A stretch of 62,244 bases of DNA, the filler included, from Collodictyon triciliatum (Eukaryota): the NCBI GenBank assembly GCA_043381765.1. It is 5 parts of 5 records of this genome, joined end to end, with 100 filler letters (N's around TTAATTAATTAA, not from the genome) between each part and the next. Parts side by side here need not be neighbours in the genome. Positions count along the whole stretch, not along the records: positions 57,099 to 62,244 come from JBHJMP010000221.1; 4 more parts are not named here. One strand, 5' to 3'. The translations under genes were made by a program, and so were the position numbers. The notes beneath the pieces were generated by a model. It searched no databases and had not been told where the DNA came from. It saw only the letters and a list, made by a program, of their open reading frames with translations. Position 1 is the stretch's first letter. The number at the start of each line of letters is the position of its first letter. This document shows, in pieces, positions 62,132 through 62,244 of the stretch.

Positions 62132-62244
62132 TATTCTGTATTTTGTATTCTGTATTTTGTATTCTGTATTTTGTATTCTGTATTTTGTATTCTGTATTTT
62201 GTATTCTGTATTTTGTATTCTGTATTTTGTATTCTGTATTTTGT
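62132..62244. repeat. (TATTCTGTATTTTG)n 14-bp array
   Basis: Seen directly; runs to the window end. Confidence 0.93.

Overview
This is AT-rich, intron-dense nuclear DNA from a probably flagellated microbial eukaryote using the standard genetic code; I cannot identify the organism. It is not one locus: five scaffolds are joined by artificial N-TTAATTAATTAA-N linkers, so gene order across the linkers means nothing. Exons reconstructed by hand give 13 genes: importin-13/transportin-3-like, CFAP96/C4orf47, a six-TM class I phosphodiesterase, a Greatwall/MAST/IRE/Rim15-type kinase, two unknown partial genes, a GC-rich fimbrin, AXDND1-like, DCC1, an LRR protein, an EF-hand/WD40 protein, a pappalysin-like metalloprotease and MED16. 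Most entries in the supplied ORF track are microsatellite or antisense artefacts. The strongest unexplained signal is a family of 22-37 bp insertions with core TTGAATCGAATAAAGG plus poly(A), several flanked by 11-18 bp target-site duplications. These look like micro-retroposons. A second short dispersed motif also occurs. Gene boundaries come from manual splice reading and are approximate where stated.
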